Assembly: GCA_051294905.1 (NCBI GenBank)
Contig: CM119386.1
Location: 20,584,001 to 20,648,000, forward strand
Direction of reading: 5' to 3'
DNA: 64,000 nt
Source of the DNA: Botryllus schlosseri
Taxonomy: Eukaryota
Shown here: piece after piece, positions 19,522-29,967 of the stretch
How positions within the stretch are numbered: position 1 is the first letter of the stretch
Layout of the letters: the number at the start of each line of letters is the position of its first letter
The notes under the pieces: generated by a model
Told to the model about the DNA's origin: nothing
What the model saw: the letters and a program-made list of their open reading frames with translations, nothing else
Database searches by the model: none
Made by a program: the position numbers and the translations under genes

Positions 19522-20396
19522 TTCATTCATGACATATCGCTACATGATACACCATTCAATTCACAATAGTCATGCACGATCCAATGTTTTAATCACTATC
19601 TGTTATATCTCTGCGTTCCTTTGTATCGGTATGTATAAGCTTTTTATTCATTCGTATGTACCGTGTCTCACAGACAATCGATCTGATTTACCACGAATCT
19701 TTAACTCTACACATGCTCCAATAAGGTAGAGGTTCCTAGCTTAGTCTAAGGGTGCGTAGCTAGTTATAACGCATAACTCCGGGAGGTTCCAACATTAAGG
19801 ACTTTGTATCGTTGACCCGATTAACATGGCCATATGCCAATTAAAGTGCACTTGATGATACTACCCTTAACAAGGTGTTGCTTATTCGAACACTGTTAGA
19901 TACCCAGGGTCCCTTTTACGGGTTTTCTGAAGAAATCCCTAACCATTTCTAATCCTAAGCTTCTATCCCGTTAGGGTGAAGGGTCCCGACACTAATATAG
20001 GGCGTGGTCGGTGTATAACGCCTAATTAAAGCCTACAGGCAGAGTACTCGCTACCATATTGCTGTAGTAACAACCAGTTATTCACATACTAAATCTTCAC
20101 TAACCCATACACATATCTACGACATAAAATGTTAGCGCCATTTTAAAGCAACCTGATGTTATTGATCAAAGATACAGTAAAGGCAGCGCTTGAACAAAAT
20201 GGCGTCACCATACAATAATACATCAAAGTAACCCTCACATGAAAATATCAATGTCCTGTTATGACTCACGCGTCTCGTCATCATGCCGCAGATTGATTCG
20301 TGTCGTTGTTCGTCAAACGCATCCTCTTCAACCTCCATCATCGTATGTTCAGGACATATTTGGCAACCGTACGCTTGGGTACTCTGTCTTGTGCAT

Positions 20397-20618
20397 CTAT
20401 TTCGAACCCGATTTCTTCAACCCCCTTGCTGATGAAACGATTCTTCTGCGTATCTCTTCTTGATTTTGCAGCCGTCTTGATCGCCTCTTTTCTCCGCTGT
20501 CTTCAACGCGACTTCTTGCGGGCAGTGTTTGGCACGTTCCAACCTTTGGTTCACTGGTCCTTGCTGAGCAGTGATTGACAGTGCCGGATTTCTTCTCATC
20601 TCGTTCATTTGACTTCAT
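20397..20618 (-). CDS. Possible small basic accessory protein, 73 aa
   Basis: ATG start, same strand as element A, Lys/Arg-rich (EKRRSRRLQNQEEIRRR); short enough to be chance. Confidence 0.3.
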   Translation of the reverse strand: MKSNERDEKKSGTVNHCSARTSEPKVGTCQTLPARSRVEDSGEKRRSRRLQNQEEIRRRIVSSARGLKKSGSK

Positions 20619-21239
20619 TAAGCCCTAGATTCTATCGAGGGGAGCAGTTTTTCGGGACTGTCGAATAGTAATTTTAGAGTTGGTACCGCCAAGCCGTTCA
20701 TTAATGCCAACAGAATGTCCAGTTCATATCGATACTCTCATGCCCTCTCACCACTTCAGTCAGTCTTATTATGGCCTCCTTGTGAGCAGGGCAACGAATC
20801 TTGGGCACGTTTTCGAGACGCTCTTCTTGTCATACTAGTCGTAGATACATTCGATGCGCACAGGGAGGACATTAAATACACACATGTCGGAATATTGCGT
20901 CATTTGCTATCGTAACGTTGCCAAAATACAATAATTTGCATGCACGTACTGATCATGGTGCCATAAGTGCACTTGTCAGACACATCCATTTCGAGAAACG
21001 AATGTGCCAACAAGGCGGGTCTTATTCTAATGTCATACTCAATCATCGACACATCAGTTTCGAAAAACGAATGTGTGGACAAGTTCAACCATGGGTTACT
21101 TTTCTAAGGTCTTTATATTAGCAGTACTGGCCTGAGGTATTTCTAATGTTATAGGCCTATTATTTCTGGTTATAATATTCATTTTTATTCATCCTATGTA
21201 GTGCCATAGCAATTTACAACGTAGCTACGTTGTAAATCG

Positions 21240-21615
21240 CTATGGTAGCACCTTAAACGTTTTAGAATATCTGTCGGTCTTCACCAGGGTCTTCCACCGA
21301 GGTACCGACCTATGGTACAATAGTAGCCCTAAACTTTTGGAATCTATGTCGGCCTCCTCCAAGGTCTACCACCGAGGTACCGATCTATTTTATTTAGTAT
21401 AGTCCTAATCGTTTTGGAAATTGTGTAGGTCTTCTCCAGGGTCTACCACCGAGGTACCTATCTATTTTATTTAGTATAGTCCTAATCGTTTTGGAAATTG
21501 TGTAGGTCTTCTCCAGGGTCTACCACCGAGGTACCTATCTCTATTGCACGTAGCCCTAATCGTTTTGGAAAGTTAGTCGGTCTTCTCCAGGGTCTACCAC
21601 CGAGGTACCGATCTT
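21240..21615. repeat. Five ~74-77-bp tandem repeats
   Basis: CCACCGAGGTACC at ~21295, 21369, 21446, 21523, 21597, each preceded by CCTAA...TTTTGGAA...GGTCTTCTCCAGGGTCT-like sequence. Confidence 0.9.
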
Positions 21616-21757
21616 ATCCAGCCTTTTAAATCTATTTTCATATTTTAAAATTCGCAATTCTTATGAATTCAAACAATCTCCGTTATCATGATAAATACTG
21701 GGGTCTGTTAACTATCGTAATTCTTGCACTTGATAAATTTTTACGAATCGAAAAGCT

Positions 21758-22264
21758 TTATTCCGATACTTTCAGTGCCATATAGTGACAATCAGCTTCC
21801 TCTAGCGACAGTGAACGCGTTTCCGCGTACGCGTAAATCTGGACTTCGGGGAAGATCACCCATTTTACGAGATTACGTTCAGTCTTTTCATCACTTAGTA
21901 TCTCTACCCACTCGGGGTTCGCCATTTTCATGGCTTTTACCCAGTTTACACAGATATCTGCGAACGCCATTTGAAGAGGTCCTTCAGGATGAAGGCTCCC
22001 TGCGTAAGTACCTTCCCACTCGTTTTCATCGAGCTGTTTACCAGTCCAATCACTGTCGCACGTTTGGAAGCCGCTCTTTCTTTCCCAGTAGCGAAATCGT
22101 AGACTGGAATCATTAACAAATATATCGTAAAGATGATCTGTTAACGAGTGTGTTGTCATAAGAAATTTCAACGACTTTAGTCTGTGATCGATAAAGTCCT
22201 CTTTTTGTGGTTTCGATATTAGGTGCTCCGTCTCGGGTTCTTTGCAACGCAAGCCCAGGCACAT
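21758..22264 (-). CDS. Accessory ORF of unknown function, 168 aa; homologue of 63136-63555
   Basis: ATG start, AATAAA just after the stop; MCLGLRCKEPETEH...HL...RFRYW aligns with MCYGLGCNPGTDH...HL...RVRYW. Confidence 0.65.
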   Translation of the reverse strand: MCLGLRCKEPETEHLISKPQKEDFIDHRLKSLKFLMTTHSLTDHLYDIFVNDSSLRFRYWERKSGFQTCDSDWTGKQLDENEWEGTYAGSLHPEGPLQMAFADICVNWVKAMKMANPEWVEILSDEKTERNLVKWVIFPEVQIYAYAETRSLSLEEADCHYMALKVSE

Positions 22265-22281
22265 ACTAATATTTTAGCGTT

Positions 22282-22572
22282 TCATATTGATGCAATAAAC
22301 CTTAAATATGCGCATATAGAAATGTTTAAATCGACCACTATCGCTTCATTGGACATTTTTCCGAGTCTTCGAAGCCTAGGACCAGTCCAACTACTATGAT
22401 ATTTTTCACGTACTGCAAGTTGGGTTCTCGCATTATAGAACTCATATAGCAGCGCTGTTGCGGTCGACCGGCTGCATGTATCACGCGCGGTGACAGTTTC
22501 CGGCAGCTTACAGTTGAGCGCAACACTGACTGAATAAATAAACAGCCACTGATAGCGTTCAAAATGAAGCAA
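22282..22572 (-). CDS. Possible accessory ORF, 96 aa
   Basis: Lies immediately upstream of and co-oriented with 21758-22264; no recognisable motif. Confidence 0.25.
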   Translation of the reverse strand: MLHFERYQWLFIYSVSVALNCKLPETVTARDTCSRSTATALLYEFYNARTQLAVREKYHSSWTGPRLRRLGKMSNEAIVVDLNISICAYLRFIASI

Positions 22573-24535
22573 CCCAGTGAAAGCACCGGAGATCTATTGC
22601 CCCCCACCAAGGCTTTTTTTATTGTTTTATAAATTTTTTTTTAAATGATTTTGTACTCCGTATAACTTTTATCTTTGGTTTTCGCTTTCGTAATTTTTTA
22701 TATTATCTTTACATCATTCAGAATTTATTCATTTTTGTAATTTTTTTCACAATAGGTTTCTATTTTTAGGATTTTTTTCGTAGTGGGTATTATACTATAC
22801 AACACGCGTATATACACAATTTAATATATCTCTCCACCCCAGCCTTCCCCCCTTTCTTTTACAGGAATTGTCAGCGGTCACATTCCTTCCATCATACTAA
22901 CAACGTGTCGAATGGGAGGCGAGGTTTTCCCATAGTTAACCAAAGTGTCATACTGGATAGGAAGTGCCGAGAGTCGTGCTCATTATTTATCTACCTAGCT
23001 CCATCACGTGAGCACCTGATAGGCTGAATTTTTCCCCATTAATATTAACCATCAGACACTCAAAAGAAGACACCTCCTACCATTCGGTAAGTGCCAAGCG
23101 GTGTCATTTATATCCATAGAGTGAGGGGGGTGCCGAGAGACAGGGATGGGAGTATGCCTTCCACATAAATATACATTACTATTTACAGATCAATTTGCGG
23201 TTTAGATATAATCAATAATAATAAATTTCATATCCATCTGAGATTCTCAAGGTGTCCTGTGTTCGTCACGATCGAAATTTCACAAAAAATAATAATATAT
23301 ATACATGTAATATATAAGCAGCAATTTAAAATACTTTAAAGAGTCTCGTAGTTATATCTCCAAACTCGCGGAGCCGACTGTAGCGAGGACCAAATAAAAA
23401 GGGAAGAAATGTAAGTAAATTTAAAACTCAAATATAATTAATAGATTAGCAAAAACATTTCATAATGAAAATAGGGTGATTTTTCACGGGGCAGGGGGTC
23501 TGGGAACGTTACCCGCCTTTTGATACTATCTTCTCCTTCTTGTGACGACTTTTCGGGTGTAAGGGCTATTGCAATTGGACCACATTACCCTCATAAATGA
23601 TTGTGGCGTTAAAACAAATCATTCACTACAGCGTGCGTCCTCAATTGCATTTATACCCTGTGATTTAATATAAACTCAACACAACAGACAACAGACGTAG
23701 ACAATACAGTTTCTATGCTTATTCGAAAAATCATTTTTGTATATAAGGTGGGAATTGCGCAGCCTTGTATTCGAGTAAATGAACTATCCGTAGTCCCCGA
23801 GATGTTTTTTCAGGGGCACACTTAGCGATTCAATCACAATACAATGTCTTTTACTTTCTGGAACTTAACATAAATTTTGTGTATCGGTATAATAAATCCG
23901 TGTATATAATAAATGAAATACAAGAATACAGCTTCTACTTTAGAGCTATTCTCCAGTTACACTGTATTCTGACTCAAATTCTTCCGTTAAGTTGAGCTAG
24001 ACAGGGATGCCGAATTATTACGCTTGTCCTAATTCCCTATCAGCTATAGCCTTATTAATTTAGTTGTCTCGGCTTGTCTGGTAGTCTAATCACCACCAGT
24101 CCGTTTGCCCTATTCAGCAGCTTTCGAGGCGTGATCGCACGTTTCCTTAGGCAGAGATTGCGGCATTTAGAACGTCATGGAATGATGATATCTATACGTG
24201 GGCTTATGATACGATAGGCTGTTTTTCAACAAAGCTATGGTCAGCGATGATTCCACACAAAGGTTCGCAGCACATACCGTTCAATACAGACCTAGCCGCC
24301 CCTATCTCTGAAGTAAGTAACAAATAGTGAATGCATTATGACCCCAACCCGCCATCACTAAGGTTGGATCAAAATTGATCCCAGGCGAACAAATATGCGA
24401 TCCATATTTTTATGTGCGGTCGGATTGTTCTTGCCATCCATGTAATCCTAAATGGTGCTATACACTATCAATCAGAATAATACCTTTGCTGATTATCGCT
24501 AATACCTCGCCGCTATGAGCTATTGATTGAGCATG

Positions 24536-24798
24536 CAGAGGTGGTCACCAACGGAGTACTTCTACCTTTTGAATTACTCGAAGTAGATTTTCCCGACTCA
24601 CGCTACCTTTTAGGTAGTTATGCTTTTGGACTAATTCTACTTCTACTTGACCGTTTTCTGTTTTGTAGGCAAAAATATGCGTAGAATACCTACTTACTTA
24701 CTTGTGAACTATAAACTCCTACTTCTACTTGAGTAGAAATTCCGGCGTCACTTCTACTTCTACTTGAGCAGAGACGGCGACTACTTTGACCACCTCTG
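24536..24798. mobile_element. hAT-like MITE, 263 bp
   Basis: Perfect 12-bp TIR CAGAGGTGGTCA / TGACCACCTCTG; internal TACTTCTACTTGA repeats; flanks share AGCAT but the 8-bp TSD is imperfect. Confidence 0.65.
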
Positions 24799-26178
24799 AG
24801 CATATGTCAGACTATTCTTCGAAAGTATAGCGGGCAGACTGAGTACTTTTCTCCTCATTGTAATCGGAACGATTACGACTGCTCATGGCTCTTTCGCATT
24901 GTTTATGTCACATGGAGTCAATGAGGCATGACCACAAGCCTTCAGATCTGATGGGGTCAGTCTGACCCCAGCTCGCCATTTGTGTTATGGTGCCATGCCT
25001 TGAGGAGGAATCTTTGAAATAGGCAGACAGTTGGGTTCAAAAGAAGAAGATTCCTCATTATAACGTCTTGTAGGAGGTTATTATACAGCGGGTCAGCGAA
25101 GTTGGTAACACAAGAAGCATATAAACTGATGGGGTCATTTTGACCCCACCTGAGCAATCACGTAATAGTAAACCCTTAGTCGTTTAGGGTTAAGTGAGAA
25201 TTGCGTGGTTCCCCATATACTTAGGGCGGATAAATTCAAGTAATACGTCGGCCAGGCGATAGAGAGAAATGAACTCAATCTATTCAATGAAATACACAAT
25301 TAACCAACCTTTTAATCGAATCAATGCAAGTCCTCATCAATTATGCTTTGCAAAACAAGCACTTATTATATCAATCAACTATATTCTGCAAAACGAGGAC
25401 TCGCCATCACAACTAACTCTAAACCGCACGTGAAGTTCACTGGATCGGTAACATCAGCATGGGTACCACTTATCTTAGTGTGTACAGCACATACGACCGC
25501 AGATAGAGCGACTTGACCGACCCTGGACGCTGGATGATTTTCGAAATTGACCCACCAATTATATTTTGCGTCACGTGATAGTTAATTTATGTCTCCGCCT
25601 GGCCAATAGAACCAGTTCAACTCATTCTTTTGCGAATTAGCCGAGCCAAGCCAAAATATACGACGAACACGCGCCCTTTTCCAAGATGTCACAACTCAAG
25701 GTTTAGTAGGCCGGCTACCACCACTTTGCTTCCTTTTACCCATGAAGGGAGCTATCTAAGCAGTCTAGCATTTAATATTAGCTGGCGCCATTTTGGTTCA
25801 CTAGTGATATCTTCGTACCGAGGCCAATCGATAATTGTTACAATAACGGCATATCGCCATATTTAAAATAACGCGCATCTTTTTTCCGCATAGGAAATTC
25901 GGCCGATGGCCAGCGGTTGACGGCGAACTCGGTTAACGGCGAACTTGGGATTCAAACTCTGGTTATTCGGTCGTATATCGGTGTCATCCCTGTCTGAAAT
26001 TGGGCCACAGACTCAGAATGTAGCCGCGCAGGACCCATTTCAAACAATGAACCGAGATTTCATAGGGTTTTAGCCAGTTCGTAGTGCAACTTATCGCATC
26101 GCATGGAGTATTTGGTTGTATTAAGATTTAAAGTAATCTAGGCTATAATCTAGGCTATATACCCATCCAAGAAACAAA

Positions 26179-27009
26179 ATGACAAAGCCCGGAACAAACG
26201 AAGATGACATCTTGCTGAGACTGAAAAAGATGGAGAGTAAACTGGATAATACGCTCGCTGAAGTCAAAGTGTTGAAGGAAGAAAACAAGGAACTGCGCAA
26301 CATCATCTCAGAACTGCAGACTACAGCTGAAGATATCAAAAAATCTGGTTCTGCCGTAGAAGAACTGCGAGAAGAGATAGAATCTTGCAAGACTGGTATG
26401 GAATTCATGAATGCAGAATTTGAGGACACCAAAAAAAATCTAGAACGCGCCTCACAAGAATCCATGGTCAACGAGCACGACAAATTTGAGTCAACTATGA
26501 GATTCCTGAACAAAAAAATATCTGACCTAGAACGCACCAACGACAACCTGGAGCAGCAATCTCGAAACAACAACCTGGAATTTCATGGTGTTCCCCACTC
26601 CGAAAAAGAGAATCTGCCTGAAACTATCATGAAAATAGCTAACGCCTTGAAAGCTGAGATTACTGCGCCACAGATTGTGCAGTGTTATAGAGTGCGCTTC
26701 AGAAATAAGGACAAAACAGGACCCGTTATAGCCAAATTCTCTTCTGAGCAACCAAAAAAAGAATTCCTCAAAGTGAAAAAGGCCAAAAGGGATATCAAGG
26801 ACTTTGGTGTAGAAGGAATGAAACAACTCTTCCTAAACGAAAATTTAACAAATTACAGAAGTGATGTTTTCTTTGAAGCGCGAGCTGCGAAACAAAAAAA
26901 AAGCTTCAAATACCTCTGGACTGCAAATGGAAATATCTATATGAAAAAGAATGATGGTGCACCCAGAATCCACATTGAGTCAAAGGATGACCTCGATAAA
27001 CTCAAATAG
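26179..27009 (+). CDS. LINE ORF1 (coiled coil, RRM-like and C-terminal domain), 276 aa
   Basis: Long N-terminal heptads, then SRNNNLEFHGVP, GPVIAKF, LFLNENLT, YLWTANGNIYMKK typical of CR1/L2-group ORF1. Confidence 0.85.
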   Translation: MTKPGTNEDDILLRLKKMESKLDNTLAEVKVLKEENKELRNIISELQTTAEDIKKSGSAVEELREEIESCKTGMEFMNAEFEDTKKNLERASQESMVNEHDKFESTMRFLNKKISDLERTNDNLEQQSRNNNLEFHGVPHSEKENLPETIMKIANALKAEITAPQIVQCYRVRFRNKDKTGPVIAKFSSEQPKKEFLKVKKAKRDIKDFGVEGMKQLFLNENLTNYRSDVFFEARAAKQKKSFKYLWTANGNIYMKKNDGAPRIHIESKDDLDKLK

Positions 27010-27054
27010 AAACTGCTATACTGCTCTCACTGCAAACGCAACCCACACTAAAAA

Positions 27055-29967
27055 ATGGCTCAAAACTTTTTCAACGGGAGCAACTGCAGATCTATCAATT
27101 CAACGAATAGTAGTGATATCCCATCATCCCCAGGAATTTTACTTGCACACTTAAACACAAGATCCCTCCAAGCTCATCTAGATGAAATTCCCCCCCTGTT
27201 TGAAATGTTCAATTGCTCACCAACCATCATCGGAATCTCTGAGACCAAGTTGAAAGAACATCCAACGACTAATGTTAACCTGACAGGTTTCAACTTTTTG
27301 CACTCGCCATCCAAAACGAACGCTGGAGGTGTTGGACTATACATCAACGAAGGTCTGAGATATGACATGATGCCCGACGTAAAATTTGAAACCGAAGGCG
27401 TAGAATATATATTTGTCAGAGTACATGTACAAAAAGCTCTCACAGTGGCAGTCATCTACAAACACCCAGGAACAAAGCAAGAGACTTTTCTTGACGAATT
27501 CTCAAATATTCTGGAAACGCTAACGGCAGCTAACGAACAAATATTTATTATGGGAGACATAAATATTGATTTGCTGAAGACCACCAACTTTAACACAAGG
27601 TACCGTGAAATGCTTGATTCTTATGGAATAGCTCAGATAATTACTGAACCCACAAGAATAACTGATCAATCCAAAACTCTACTAGATCACTTCTACTGCA
27701 ACACTCATCAATATCACCTGTCCCCTTTTGTGCTCCAACACAGTATGACTGATCACTATCCCATCATCTGCCACATGAAATTGGCCCTGCCACATTGTGC
27801 TAAAGAATTCGAATCTCGAACGCCCTTAAACCCACGCGGTATAGAAGAGTATATTGAAATTGTCAGCAATACCTTCAACAACTACAAAATTCCTCCACTC
27901 ACAACTGACAACTACAACTGCCATTTTGAAAAATTTATTGAGGAACTGCGGGCAGCCCTCGACACATCTTTCCCAATTAGGAAAGTCAACCGCAATGCAA
28001 GGCGCTTGAAATCGAAACCCTGGATTGGTCATGACATACTAGTTGCAATCAAAACAAGGGATTGGATGCATAAGCACTACTATCTGCAAGGCACCATCGA
28101 AGGCAAAAAAGTGTACAAAAAATATGCAAACCAAGTGACGCATATGAAAGGAAATGCCAAAAAAGCATACTTCCAAAAAAGATTCGAAGAGTGCTCCAAA
28201 GATCCCAAGAACACATGGAAAACCATTGGAGAAATTATCAACCTAACTAAAGGTAATGCTCCCAAGAGTACTGATGACATCGAGCTACTCGAGAATGGCA
28301 GCATCATCAAAGACCAGCTTGCAGTAGCAGAAAAGTTCAATCAGTATTTTTGCAACATTGGTCCGGATCTTGCAGCTTCAATACCAGACTCCTCCGATGA
28401 CTTTCTCTCGTACTTGAGTCCTGGCCCTCAGAAATCCATTTTTCTTGAGCCGACAAGTGAAGGAGAAGTTGCGATCGTATTATCTGAAATGAAAAGTAAC
28501 AAAGCAGTAGGACCCGATCTCATCCCAACTCACTTTCTGAAGCTAGTATTTAATATTATTGGTGATGTTATATGCATTTTCTTTAATGAGTCGATACGTC
28601 TAGGCATTTTCCCAGATGCACTGAAAACTGCCAGAGTAATGCCAGTGTTTAAGAAAGGCTGTAAAAAGCTAATTTCTAACTACCGACCAATATCTGTTTT
28701 GCCAAATCTTGCCACGGTTTTTGAGAAACTGATTGACTGCCGACTTAAGAACTTTTTTGAATTGAATGCAGTACTGTCTCCGACCCAGCATGGATTCAGA
28801 TCCAACCACAACACCAACCATGCAATACTATCAATTGTAACGGACTATTACAAAACCATCAAGCAAAAATAAAGTGGCTGCAGCATTTTTATCGATCTCC
28901 GCAAAGCTTTCGACACAGTTAACCACAGAATCTTAAGATACAAGCTAAAACACTATGGAATCAGGGGTATTGCAGCAACTCTACTTGAAAGCTACCTGGC
29001 AAACCGCAAGCAATTTGTTAAACTTGGGACATTAAGAACGACTACCAGAGATATAACTTGTGGAGTGCCACAAGGCTCAGTCCTTGGACCGACTTTTTTC
29101 CTCATTTATATTAACGACATTGTTAATGCATCTTTATTCCGCACAACGCTATTTGCTGATGATACTCACCTCTTCATAACCTCCAACACTGTCGATGATT
29201 TGCATGCATCTGTGAATAGGGAACTCCCAAAAGTGTCGAGATGGCTGCAAGCAAACAAACTAAGTTTGAATGCAGATAAAACCGAGATGCTCGTTTTAAA
29301 TGCCAGTCATAATTTCACTGTGAACATCAATCATAAACAAATCTCAATATGTGACTCAGCAAAATATCTCGGCGTCACCATTGATTCCAAATTGTCTTGG
29401 AAGCAGCATATTGAATGCACAATATCAAAACTAGCTCGGTGTGTGGGAATAATGACCCGTCTCCAATCTTTGGTTTCCAGATCAGTACTACGAACCATCT
29501 ACTTCTCTCTTTTCCACTCGCATCTGCAATATGGAATCGTAGTATGGGGAAATGCCTGTACAACATTTTTGTGCAGAATTCGAACCCTGCAAAACCGTGC
29601 GATACGGCTGATCTCATCTGTACCTTTACGTACCAATTTATCGCCTTACTACCGTAAGCATCGAATTTTGCGAGTTGATGAACTGTATCGCTTCGAAGTA
29701 TCAAAAGTTGTTCACAAATATTTTTCCAATAGTCTCCCTCCTGTGTTTGATGACTTTTTCATACCTGCTAAAGATGTCCATTCCCATTACACGAGATCTT
29801 CGTCTAAAGGAAACGTCTACTTACCCCAACCCAATAGCAACCTAACTAAGAGATCTATCGACTACTCGGGACCTATCATCTGGAATGCATTACCATCACA
29901 TATCCGTGAATTGCCTTATAATAGATTCAAAAAAGCCCTACTTGATCGCCTCTTGTCGTTACACTAA
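27055..29967 (+). pseudogene. LINE ORF2 (apurinic endonuclease + RT) broken by one in-frame TAA at 28870-28872
   Basis: APE motifs HLNTRSL, ISETKL, GDINIDL, TDHYPI; RT reads KQK*SGCSIFIDLRKAFDTV in frame, then VPQGSVLGP and FADDT. Confidence 0.9.

Larger units (their letters stand above)
4700..22600 (-). mobile_element. Element A: endogenous enveloped retroelement (leader ORF-gag-pol[PR-RT-RH-Tpt1]-Merlin-like transposase-env1-env2); ends not resolved
   Basis: Five long, uninterrupted, co-oriented ORFs separated by 45-150 nt; PBS, slippery site and splice signals present. Boundaries are approximate; no second LTR copy or TSD found by eye. Confidence 0.85.

Noticed and set aside
19306-21615. 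Tandem arrays (also 60440-61030) as CRISPR arrays
   Set aside because: The units are homologous along their whole length with no unique spacers, the context is eukaryotic, and there are no cas genes.
22595-22625. Minus-strand AAAAAAAGCCTTGGTGGGGGG as a polypurine tract
   Set aside because: It is interrupted by pyrimidines, lies 5' of the element where a PPT is not expected, and has no clear counterpart in element C.
24940-25193. GGGGTCANTNTGACCCC palindromes and AGGGTTAA suggesting a piggyBac-like right end
   Set aside because: No matching left TTAACCCT end was found, so the element cannot be delimited.
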